Source: a virus
Direction: 5' to 3' (one strand)
Length of the DNA stretch: 16,874 nucleotides
Virus record (IMG/VR): IMGVR_UViG_3300021400_000336
Coordinates: 1-16,874 of that record
Numbering within the stretch: the stretch's first letter is position 1; each line of letters opens with the position of its first letter. Shown here piece after piece: positions 1-8,224 of the stretch. Under the pieces are notes generated by a model, which saw only the letters and a list, made by a program, of their open reading frames with translations, was not told the DNA's origin and did no database searches. Both the position numbers and the translations under genes were made by a program.

Positions 1-107
1 CCCTAACCTATACGTAAAAATTTCCCCAATAGTAAAGTTAACATAATAAGTTACGGGGAAATATTACTTCGGTTAGGACACGTGTGGTTTACATAAACTA
101 TTTTAAT
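1..107. repeat. Left inverted terminal repeat (ITR), genome terminus
   Basis: Bases 1-107 are the exact reverse complement of 16768-16874 (compared base by base; first mismatch at 108 vs 16767). The terminus starts 5'-CCC, a reiterated end base of the kind used for sliding-back in protein-primed replication. Internal structure: inverted repeat TTTCCCC (21-27) / GGGGAAA (55-61), followed by TTTTT when read outward (possible outward-facing terminator); GTTAAC (37-42); palindrome ACACGTGT (78-85). Confidence 0.97.
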
Positions 108-110
108 GTA

Positions 111-827
111 CTAATCTGATGAACCAGTATCTCCAAAATTTTTAATAAATAATAAAACTGGAATAAGATAAATATAATCTTCGTTACTTGCTGAATTACC
201 AGAATGTGAAATTGTAACAATACCGTTTGTATCAAGTGACATTGAACGAACAGAAATATAACGAATATTATATGAAGAATCAGTTAATCTTGTAATGACT
301 GTATTATCGAAAGTAATATTAGTTGATGGTCTTAATGAAGTTTGGAAAGATGTAGTAAATGGAGATGTATTTCCATTTAAATTTATTTTAATAGTACCAT
401 AAATTTTAGCAATAGAACCATCTGTATTTTTTGCAACTTTAACAGAAGAAGATGAAGTATCTATTGAACCAACAGTAGTTGTAATATTAGTTATAGTTTC
501 AACAGATGATAAATTGAAGTTACTAATTTGATTTAAAGCAGACTGTGCGTTTACATTAGCTGTAGAAGCTAAAGAAGAAGCAGAGTTAGCAGAAGTTTGA
601 GCTTCATCTGCTGTTGTTTTTGCCTCATTAGCTTTTGATAAAGCTGTACTTGCATTAGTATTAGCTGTTTCAACGCCAGCACTTGCTGTTTGAATAGCTG
701 TAGCATTTGCCTTCATTTGAGTATCGATTTTTAGCATATCTCCGTTATAATCTCCAAGAAAAGTTGGTTTATCACTTCCAACATATTGAGATAATTCATA
801 ATTTGTAGTTTTATTAGTACTTGACAT
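111..827 (-). CDS. Tail-fibre / receptor-binding-like structural protein (238 aa)
   Basis: Intact ORF with a GGAG-type RBS before ATG 827. TAG stop at 111-113, just inside the ITR boundary. The N-terminus NYELSQYVGSDKPTFLGDYNGDMLKID resembles the conserved N-terminal anchor of Firmicute phage tail-fibre proteins (from memory). It is followed by an Ala/Ser/Thr/Asn-rich coiled-coil stalk and a beta-rich C-terminal head. Function is inferred. Confidence 0.7.
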   Translation of the reverse strand: MSSTNKTTNYELSQYVGSDKPTFLGDYNGDMLKIDTQMKANATAIQTASAGVETANTNASTALSKANEAKTTADEAQTSANSASSLASTANVNAQSALNQISNFNLSSVETITNITTTVGSIDTSSSSVKVAKNTDGSIAKIYGTIKINLNGNTSPFTTSFQTSLRPSTNITFDNTVITRLTDSSYNIRYISVRSMSLDTNGIVTISHSGNSASNEDYIYLIPVLLFIKNFGDTGSSD

Positions 828-842
828 AATAAAAACTCCTTT

Positions 843-1452
843 CTAATTTAATAAAATTTCTTTACTGTTTACGTCAAATTCATAAGCTGTAATTTCTTTT
901 TCATCATATATTGTTGCAGTTAATTCTAAGTTATCAAATTCAGAACATGTAATTGCATTTTCTCTAAACATATCGTAAATATCCATAATAACCTTTGAAA
1001 CATTTTCTGTTTCACCATTTGTAGGGTTATAAGCTTTTACATTTCCAAGTTCTATTTGATGAATTTCATTTTCTAATTCATTTTTTAAATTTTGTAAATT
1101 TGAATTAAAAATAATTTGATAATCATTTAATAAATTGGTTACTTGATTATATAAAGCATTATTTTTTGTATCAACACTTTGTAGAATTTGTGCTCTAAAA
1201 GTTGGGAAAAAGTTATTAATTTCTTGAATTTCTATTTCGATATTATCTAATTTTGTTGATATTTCTTCATAATTATCAGTAATTTCTTGAATTGTTGAAA
1301 GTATTTGATTATAATTATTAATAATATCATTTATTTTAAAACGTAATTCTTGTAATTGTTCGGGATAACTTAAACTTTCTTTATAAGAAGAAGGTAGATT
1401 TCCGAACTGTTAATATTAGAGGTGGAATAGGTTGAATTTTTTTAATATCCAT
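843..1452 (-). CDS. Coiled-coil fibre-like structural protein, 202 aa only if a +1 frame change occurs at CGG 1404-1402
   Basis: ATG 1452 has an AGGAG RBS just upstream. After 16 codons comes an in-frame CGG, and the 0 frame stops at TAA 1383-1381. The +1 frame is open from 1409 to TAG 845-843 but has no ATG/GTG/TTG until near its end, so it is missing from the ORF track. Joined product: MDIKKIQPIPPLILTV-G-NLPSSYKESLSYPEQLQELRFKINDIINNYNQIL..., heptad-rich, ending ...LELTATIYDEKEITAYEFDVNSKEILLN. Confidence 0.7.
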
Positions 1453-1466
1453 TAATTTTCTCCTTT

Positions 1467-2165
1467 CTAATATATTCCCATAAAAAGGGTTGATAATTTA
1501 TTTATAATTTCTAAATCAAGTGAAACAGCTAATTCTCTAAATTCACGTACTAAATATTGATTTGTAACAATAACGCCATTGTCACCTTTCATTGAGTGAG
1601 TATATTTTTCAATAGTATTAGATGAACCGTTACTTTCTGTATTTGTTTCATCTTGAATATTACTTTCAGTTTCACTAGCATTTGTATCAGAGGCGTATTT
1701 TCCATTTAAAATTTCTTGTTTAATTATTTGACCTTGTGGAGTATCACTTCTTACATTTAAACCACTTGCATTATTTGATGAATTAGAATTTGAATTTCCT
1801 TGACTTTCGCTTTCCGATTCAATAGTTCTTGTATATTCTTCAGTATAATCTACAGAAGATAAAGGGTCATATTCTAAAAATTTTGAATAAATTTTTAGTA
1901 AATATTCTTCCATTATTTCATTCATTGTAGATTTGGCATAATGCTCAAAAAGTTCTGGTGTTTCAAAACCAATTTCACGCATATAATAATGGTCTACTAT
2001 CTTTTTTGCTAATTTTTCTTTACTCCATACATTAGCAGTATTTAATATATTAATTTGATTTTCTGTTAAGAAGTCTTGTAAATTATAAGAACTAAACCAT
2101 GATTCTACATTTTCGCGTCCATATAATCTACAAACCTCACGTAATTCTAATGAATAAGTTGACAT
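1467..2165 (-). CDS. Lower collar protein (phi29 gp11-like), 232 aa
   Basis: Intact ORF directly downstream of the connector gene, as phi29 gene 11 is. The N-terminal region (HYYMREIGFETPELF) resembles lower-collar proteins of phi29-like phages (from memory). There is a central Ser/Asn/Glu-rich low-complexity insert. Confidence 0.6.
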   Translation of the reverse strand: MSTYSLELREVCRLYGRENVESWFSSYNLQDFLTENQINILNTANVWSKEKLAKKIVDHYYMREIGFETPELFEHYAKSTMNEIMEEYLLKIYSKFLEYDPLSSVDYTEEYTRTIESESESQGNSNSNSSNNASGLNVRSDTPQGQIIKQEILNGKYASDTNASETESNIQDETNTESNGSSNTIEKYTHSMKGDNGVIVTNQYLVREFRELAVSLDLEIINKLSTLFMGIY

Positions 2166-2168
2166 TTT

Positions 2169-3161
2169 TTATTCTTCACCGTCCTTGATTTCTAAATCTT
2201 CAATTTCTTCTGATTCTTTAAAATCTTGAACAATGCTTTGAGCCTCTTTAATTATATTGTGTAAGTCAGAACGAACACGAACGCTAATTTCTTTATCAGT
2301 TCCAGTAAGTCCAAATTTTTCATTAAATTGTCTACAAGCTTCTTGTCTTGGTGCTAAATAACTTTGAAGATTCAAATTTATAAGTTCGTTATTTGAATTA
2401 GCTTCGTCAGTAATTAAACGTTCTTTCTTATCTACCATTATATTATTAATTCCTAAAAAAGTCAATGCCTCGTTCCATATTTCTTTTTTGTAATCTGTAA
2501 TTTTATCAGCAATATATGGAGCTAAAGTATTTACAGATTTTATAACTTGATTTGCGTCTGCTAAGTTGTTTTTATCTCCAAAAATTACTGGTTGATTTCC
2601 ATCATATTGATTATAAATATTAAGCATTGATAAACGTTGTTTTTCATCTACTAATATTAATACTGGTGTTTTTTGAGCTTTTACGTTTGTATCAATTGTA
2701 CGTTCTGCCTCGTATAAACGTAAAGCAAATAGTTCCATTGAACCTGCTGTTGGTTCTCTTTCCCAGTCATTTTGTACTAAAATACATTGACTATTTTCTA
2801 AATATTCGCGTCTTTCTTCTGATATATTTGGAACTAGTCCTATATATAAAGTGCGTACTGTACTATAAGAATATGAATAACATTGAAGTTTTGTAGGTAA
2901 ACCATAAATATTTACGTCACCTGCAGAACTACAATTTGTATTAATAAAACCATAGTTCTTATCTTTAAGTAGTGTTGCCATTCCATTATAGTATAAACAT
3001 TTTTCTAAATATTTTGCGTCCATTGATTTTGGTAAATTTACCCATTCAAAAACAGAAAGAGCAACTTTTTTAAAACGTCTTAAGTAGTCTAAGTATGTTA
3101 AATCATTTACTAATAAACTATCTTTAAATTTATAATTTGTATTAATTTTTTTTCTTGCCAT
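2169..3161 (-). CDS. Portal / upper collar connector (phi29 gp10-like), 330 aa
   Basis: GGAGG RBS. Aligns by eye with the remembered phi29 gp10 sequence: [23 protein letters not shown] vs [60 protein letters not shown] vs [50 protein letters not shown] vs KKERMVTDEVSSN. Confidence 0.92.
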   Translation of the reverse strand: [330 protein letters not shown]

Positions 3162-3171
3162 TTTACGCCTC

Positions 3172-4797
3172 CTATCTATTATTTTGTGAATAATCTAAAA
3201 ATGTAGAAGTATTATGCCATAATGTCAAGCCATTATCAAACATTTCTTTTATTTCTTGTAAATCCATTTGTGGAATGCTTGCTATAATATTTGCTCCAAT
3301 TGTTTTTATATAATTCCAATTAGGTCTATTGTTTAGATTTGGAACTTTTACTTTATTTGTTAAATATCCGTACATGTCAAAATACTTATCAATTCTTTCT
3401 GCAAATTGTCTTTTTATAGTATAACGTGTAAATATATTATTATCCATAAGTGAATAACCTAAAAGCGTTGTGTTATTTCCACCAAAAGACCCTGTATTTG
3501 GTAATTTTTGTTGTTTTTCAATTTGTGCCATTTGCATTTTTTGATAATATTCATGATTTTTATCTTTTGAATAAAAATCTAAAGTACCACTTGCAGTTTG
3601 TGAAATAGCACTTCCAAAACTACCTAAAGCACCTATAGTATCTTTTCCAATGCCACCAAGTGCAGTACCAATTGAACTACCTACTTGTGACATGCTATCT
3701 AGTAATCCCATTTTTGTATTAAATTCTTCTTGTTCCATTTGTAACGAAACAATATCTTTATTTTGTGCAAGCCATACATTATAAACGTCATTACTCCATG
3801 AAATTGACGGATAACCATTAAGTGTTGCAATATCCGAAAGAGAATTGCCACTTTGACCCCTATAATTTTGTGGAATTATGCATACTGTTGGATTTGGATT
3901 TATTTCACTTATCATATTAAATACTGGTGTTCCATTTGTAAAATCTTCATATCGATATATTTTTGAGCTTCCTGATGTTGGGTTAAAACCTACATACATA
4001 TAAGGATAAGTTCTTAATTTTTGATTCCTAGGTGTATATCCATCTAAAGAAGATGGTGTGCTAACAAGTGTTACAGGACGTGGTGTTGATAAAAAGTCAT
4101 TTTCCATAATTCCATTTAAACTATCATTTGGATAAAAAGCAAGTTTAGGAACGGTAAATATATTTAAAATATAATCAGATTTTCCAGCTTGTGAAATTTG
4201 AAGTAAAAAACCACGTAATAATTCTGCATTTGAATATCCATAAAATTGAATGCCCGAAAAAATACCATTGTATTTATGCCCGTAGGTATCTTCAGCATAA
4301 GCTACAATATACCACGGTTCTAAATCTTGAATTTCTGCTGTTCCATTTATTTTATATTCTCCAGTTTCAAGATTTTCGGGAACTAAATTTGCTCCAGGCA
4401 CGTCATCTTGAACTGATAACATTTCACGTTCTATAAAACTTTGACGCCAATTTAAATCAAATTGCCATGTTTGAAAAACGTCAGTTTTTAAATAAATATT
4501 TGTCATATTATCGTTTACATAATTCATATTTACAATATAAGCATAAAACCATTTATTCGAATAATTATCATTTCTATACATACAATAGTTATATTCCATA
4601 ATATTGTCAATATGATTTGGATAACGTAAAACGCCATCTTTTCTTAAATAACTCCCATCATTTAAACCAATTTTTGGTAAAGAATCAAAATAAGTATGTT
4701 GTGCAGTTTCATTTGCAAAAGTTATTTGGTGTTTATTTGAAATTGTAAGAGGACATTTAATTAAATAAATATCAGTTTGTGGTGTTATAAGTGCCAT
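3172..4797 (-). CDS. Tail knob / distal tube protein (phi29 gp9-like), 541 aa
   Basis: NDNYSNKWFYAYIVNMNYVNDNMTNIYLKTDVFQTWQFDLNWRQSFIEREML aligns with remembered phi29 gp9 [52 protein letters not shown]. Strong RBS (GAAAGGAAAATAAAAAATG). Confidence 0.9.
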   Translation of the reverse strand: MALITPQTDIYLIKCPLTISNKHQITFANETAQHTYFDSLPKIGLNDGSYLRKDGVLRYPNHIDNIMEYNYCMYRNDNYSNKWFYAYIVNMNYVNDNMTNIYLKTDVFQTWQFDLNWRQSFIEREMLSVQDDVPGANLVPENLETGEYKINGTAEIQDLEPWYIVAYAEDTYGHKYNGIFSGIQFYGYSNAELLRGFLLQISQAGKSDYILNIFTVPKLAFYPNDSLNGIMENDFLSTPRPVTLVSTPSSLDGYTPRNQKLRTYPYMYVGFNPTSGSSKIYRYEDFTNGTPVFNMISEINPNPTVCIIPQNYRGQSGNSLSDIATLNGYPSISWSNDVYNVWLAQNKDIVSLQMEQEEFNTKMGLLDSMSQVGSSIGTALGGIGKDTIGALGSFGSAISQTASGTLDFYSKDKNHEYYQKMQMAQIEKQQKLPNTGSFGGNNTTLLGYSLMDNNIFTRYTIKRQFAERIDKYFDMYGYLTNKVKVPNLNNRPNWNYIKTIGANIIASIPQMDLQEIKEMFDNGLTLWHNTSTFLDYSQNNR

Positions 4798-4821
4798 TTT
4801 TTATTTTCCTTTCTTATAAAA

Positions 4822-4865
4822 TTAAAAGGGGAAAGGGAAGGAAAGTTTGATTTTCCTTCCCTTTT
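4822..4865 (-). terminator. Rho-independent terminator after the major capsid gene
   Basis: Perfect 10-bp G/C-containing stem GGGAAGGAAA (4835-4844) / TTTCCTTCCC (4852-4861) with a 7-nt loop. It can be extended by A-T pairs. On the minus-strand RNA it is followed by TTTCCCCTTTT. It lies 39 nt downstream of the capsid stop codon. Confidence 0.7.
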
Positions 4866-4899
4866 GGAAAAAAGGTGAAATTTATAATATGGAGGAATA

Positions 4900-6234
4900 C
4901 TAGCTTGCTTGATTTACTGTAACTTCAATATCTGTTGAAACATTTCCTGCTGTAACTGTAACTGTTGCTGTACCATCTCCAACGCCTGTAATAGTTACTG
5001 TTCTTCCACTTATTGTTGCTGTTGCAACGTCTGAATCATCAGAAGCAACTGTAATATTAGGTGTATTTGCCTGTGCAGGTGTTGTTGAAACTGTAACAGT
5101 TGTTTCATCTCCCTCATCAATTGTAACTTCTGAAACATTTGTTTCTAAACCTGTAATTGCAACTTGTGGTTCTTCTGTTGCAAAAACAACTGCGTTACTA
5201 AATAATGAGTATTGATACATATTTACGTCATCTAAATAAATTTGACGAGTTCTATTATTTGGGTTAAAGAAATCAGAAGTATCTGTTTCTTGATTTTTAA
5301 TTCTAAACCAAGATTTATCACACATAATTCCAAGAATCTTTGAACCATCTATTACAACGTTTCCTTCTTTATCATATTCGCTAAAGTCTTTTACATATTT
5401 AACTCTACCAAGAAGTACAGCTTTATCAATATTAAAAGCATTTGCTAAAACATTTACGTCTAAGTATGCTCCTATATCATTTCTAATTAAGAATACAATA
5501 TCTTCTGCTTCTGTCCATGTTAAAACATCTCTTCCATAACCACCAACTTGACGCCATGCGTTATAGTCTGATGATGGTTCTTGCATATTTAAGTATAATG
5601 TTCTTGCCTTTGTTAAAAATGCTTTTGCTTTTGCTTCAGTATTTGGTTCATCTAAAACTTCTATTTTTACATTTCTTTTATTATAAGCGTCTGCAACTAA
5701 ACCTTTTGTCATGTTATATCTATCAATATAAGCTCCATTATAAAGACTTTGTGTAATTGCATTTATAAAACTTTCTAAGTTTTCCCAAGAAGTAAATGCT
5801 GTTCTTAATTTTTCCCTTGTAATTGTTACAGGGTATTGTATATCAGAATTTATATGTGGATATTGAACTTTTATGTCAGCTTCATATTTTGCAAGTAAAC
5901 CTGCAAAATCATTTACATTAAATTTTCTACCCTTTGCAGGATTTATAAATATTTCTTGACCAATTGAACCTAGTGGCATTTGGTCACCCCATAAAAATTG
6001 AAGTTGGTTATTGAATAATTTGTAATCTACTATTTGAGTATAAACAATTCTTTTTACTAATACGTCGAAAAATTCATTCATTAGATTATCATCACTAAAT
6101 AATTGACTTGCAAATATAGAAATGTCAGTATTTGGTGTTATTTCGTCAATTTGTCTATTGTAAACAGTTCCATTTTGAATACTTGTTTCTCTTATTTGGT
6201 TTAGTGATGTTCTTAATCCCTCAGTAATTGGCAT
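4900..6234 (-). CDS. Major capsid protein with C-terminal Big_2 Ig-like domain (phi29 gp8-like), 444 aa
   Basis: Sits downstream of the scaffold-like gene. Its size is close to phi29 gp8. The C-terminal ~85 aa have the bacterial Ig-like group 2 pattern (VAITGLETNVSEVTIDEGDETTVTVSTTP...TVTITGVGDGTATVTVTAGNVSTDIEVTV). AAGGAG RBS. Confidence 0.88.
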   Translation of the reverse strand: MPITEGLRTSLNQIRETSIQNGTVYNRQIDEITPNTDISIFASQLFSDDNLMNEFFDVLVKRIVYTQIVDYKLFNNQLQFLWGDQMPLGSIGQEIFINPAKGRKFNVNDFAGLLAKYEADIKVQYPHINSDIQYPVTITREKLRTAFTSWENLESFINAITQSLYNGAYIDRYNMTKGLVADAYNKRNVKIEVLDEPNTEAKAKAFLTKARTLYLNMQEPSSDYNAWRQVGGYGRDVLTWTEAEDIVFLIRNDIGAYLDVNVLANAFNIDKAVLLGRVKYVKDFSEYDKEGNVVIDGSKILGIMCDKSWFRIKNQETDTSDFFNPNNRTRQIYLDDVNMYQYSLFSNAVVFATEEPQVAITGLETNVSEVTIDEGDETTVTVSTTPAQANTPNITVASDDSDVATATISGRTVTITGVGDGTATVTVTAGNVSTDIEVTVNQAS

Positions 6235-6256
6235 TTTAAAATCACTCCTTTAATTT

Positions 6257-6266
6257 ATTATACCAC
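6257..6266 (-). promoter_or_regulatory. Extended -10 promoter (GTGGTATAAT) upstream of the capsid gene, putative late promoter
   Basis: The minus strand reads GTGGTATAAT (reverse complement of 6257-6266), i.e. TGnTATAAT, about 22 nt upstream of the capsid ATG. No good -35 lies at 17-bp spacing (a TTGACA sits 28 nt away). The same 10-mer occurs at 15607-15616. Confidence 0.5.
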
Positions 6267-6307
6267 TATTTTATATTTTTTATGTTAATTTGTCAATAGT
6301 TTATCGT

Positions 6308-6628
6308 TTAAAATTTCCGTTTTTCGTCAAAAACTGTTCGAAAGTCGAGTGGCTTTGTTTCCTCTTTTGGTTTTTCATTAGTTTTATAAATACTTTCAGT
6401 ATCATCACCCATTGAAATTTGTTGTAAAAGATTTCCGTTTGTTGTAATTAAATTTTCTTTGTCTGTTTTTAATTTTTCAATTTCTTTATCTTTATTTGCA
6501 ATTTCTGTATTCATTGTAGTATTATCTGTTAAAAGTAATCCAATATCATCTGCAATTAATCCTGCATTTTCTTCTCCAACTTTTTCAATAATATTATTTG
6601 TTAGTTCTTCCATTTTTTCACGAGTCAT
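6308..6628 (-). CDS. Scaffolding protein candidate (phi29 gp7-like position), 106 aa
   Basis: Small, acidic, helical/coiled-coil protein (KDKEIEKLKTDKENL) immediately upstream of the capsid gene. AGGTGA RBS. Contains an in-frame CGG (6319-6317) three codons before its stop; a +1 change there would end the protein at 6301 instead. Confidence 0.6.
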   Translation of the reverse strand: MTREKMEELTNNIIEKVGEENAGLIADDIGLLLTDNTTMNTEIANKDKEIEKLKTDKENLITTNGNLLQQISMGDDTESIYKTNEKPKEETKPLDFRTVFDEKRKF

Positions 6629-6638
6629 TATTTTTCAC

Positions 6639-7214
6639 CTACCTTATTATTAATTTTCTTTTTCCACTCATAAGCCATTTTACACTATTATGTTTTATAG
6701 TTGGAACGGGGGGTGTGGGTGGCGTAGTTCCATCATAAATTACAACAGTTCCACGCACATTTGGAAAACCTAATGGCTGGCATGGGTCTACAAAACTACT
6801 ACATTGCCAAGCCTCTGTAGTAGTTGCCTCTAAATGTAAATGAGTTCCAGTTGAATTTCCCGTATTTCCCATTTTTCCAATTATAGTATTTAAATTTACT
6901 TGTTCTCCTACATTTAATGTTATACTTCCATATAGCATATGACAATATCTATAATATAAACCCGTTCTTCTATCTAAAATTTGAACTTGATTTCCAAGTG
7001 ATGGCGTTGTTCCTGTTGAATTTTTATAGACATAAGTTACAACGCCATCATTTGTAATTGAATATAAATCTGGGTTTGATTCTGCAGTTCCACTTGCGGG
7101 AAAATCTACTCCACTATGAAAACCACAAGTATAACTTTGATTGGGATTTCCATAAGGTTGACCAATAGTGCAATTTATTCGCATTGGTGAATACGGCGTT
7201 CTATATTCAGCCAT
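6639..7214 (-). CDS. M23 (LytM/lysostaphin-type) peptidase, probable virion-associated peptidoglycan hydrolase, 191 aa
   Basis: Has the HxxxD motif (GFHSGVDF) and the HxH motif (GNSTGTHLHLE) typical of M23 metallopeptidases. Pro/Thr linker and basic C-terminus. Strong RBS. Confidence 0.88.
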   Translation of the reverse strand: MAEYRTPYSPMRINCTIGQPYGNPNQSYTCGFHSGVDFPASGTAESNPDLYSITNDGVVTYVYKNSTGTTPSLGNQVQILDRRTGLYYRYCHMLYGSITLNVGEQVNLNTIIGKMGNTGNSTGTHLHLEATTTEAWQCSSFVDPCQPLGFPNVRGTVVIYDGTTPPTPPVPTIKHNSVKWLMSGKRKLIIR

Positions 7215-7372
7215 TTTTTATTTTCCTTTCAGTAACTTTTTTAAAATTTTATTTTCTAAATTTATTTCATGAAGTTTACATAATATATTCTTTTCTTGTT
7301 TTTAGATTCTATAATTGAATAAATCTCTAAAGCAATTTCAATAATAATAAAAATTAATTCTAGTTTATCCAA

Positions 7373-8221
7373 TTATTTTACGCCTCCAAGCCATTTTACG
7401 TAACCTATTTTATAATTGTTTTTTCCATCTACTTTATATCTTACTATTGCTCTATTTTGAAATATTCCTAAACATTCGCATGTTTCTCTAACATTTAAAG
7501 AACCAATTTTATAGCTTAAATTTGTATCAGAATAAACTGGTTCTGGTGTACTACCATTTACATATCTTTTCACTTCTACTTCATCTCCATTTTGTGGGGT
7601 CTGTCCTGTTATTTCTCCCACGTTTATTTTTTCACATTCTGCTAAACATTTTGAAATATCAACTCTAGAATTTATGCCATTTACTCTACCATTAGAAGTA
7701 TATTGCCATAAATCTACTTTAAAATTACAAGTATGATTTTCTTTTCCGTTCCATTCTGCAAGCCATATTTTAAATTGAACTAATTGATTTACATCTATTT
7801 TAGAAGTAAACCAAGATTTACTTGCATATACTCCTGCATTATATCCTTTTGCTGTAAATGTTTTGCAAAACTCAATCGCTTGAGTTGTAAGTTCTTTTTT
7901 ACTTAAAGGTGCAATTTGACCATCTTCTAAATCTAAAAATATAGGCAGTTCTATTATTTTATTTGCAAGCTGTGAAATAGTCCAGTCAATTCCACTTTTA
8001 AGGGTTGCTAAGCTAGTACAATAAGAATAAACATAAATTCCCACATTCATTCCATTTGCTTTTGCTTGTTTATAATATTCATTAAAACGTGTGTCTTTTG
8101 TATGATTATTTTTATTACCTATCCAGCCTACACGTAAGATTACGTCATTTATTCCTGCTTGTTTTACTTTTGCAAAATCTATTGTTCCATTATGTTGTGA
8201 TAAATCAAGAATCTGTTTCAT
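7373..8221 (-). CDS. Endolysin: GH25 muramidase with C-terminal SH3b-type cell-wall-binding domain, 282 aa
   Basis: The N-terminus DLSQHNGTIDFAKVKQAGINDVILRVGW and FLDLEDG match the GH25 lysozyme pattern. The C-terminal ~65 aa (YVNGSTPEPVYSDTNLSYKIGSLNV...IVRYKVDGKNNYKIGYVKW) look like an SH3_3/SH3b domain. Confidence 0.9.
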   Translation of the reverse strand: MKQILDLSQHNGTIDFAKVKQAGINDVILRVGWIGNKNNHTKDTRFNEYYKQAKANGMNVGIYVYSYCTSLATLKSGIDWTISQLANKIIELPIFLDLEDGQIAPLSKKELTTQAIEFCKTFTAKGYNAGVYASKSWFTSKIDVNQLVQFKIWLAEWNGKENHTCNFKVDLWQYTSNGRVNGINSRVDISKCLAECEKINVGEITGQTPQNGDEVEVKRYVNGSTPEPVYSDTNLSYKIGSLNVRETCECLGIFQNRAIVRYKVDGKNNYKIGYVKWLGGVK

Positions 8222-8224
8222 TTT

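Noticed and set aside
1437-1443. A7 run (ATT AAA AAA ATT) as a slippery site explaining the frame break in gene 843-1452.
   Set aside because: Both alternative frames hit stop codons right after the run (TAA at offsets 8-10 in one frame and 34-36 in the other). The only productive shift window is 1409-1381.
4793-4813. Identical 21-mer GCCATTTTTTATTTTCCTTTC at 4793-4813 and 7210-7230.
   Set aside because: It is just a shared RBS, spacer and Met-Ala start context (GAAAGGAAAATAAAAAATGGC) for the tail-knob and M23 genes. It is not a mobile or recombination repeat.
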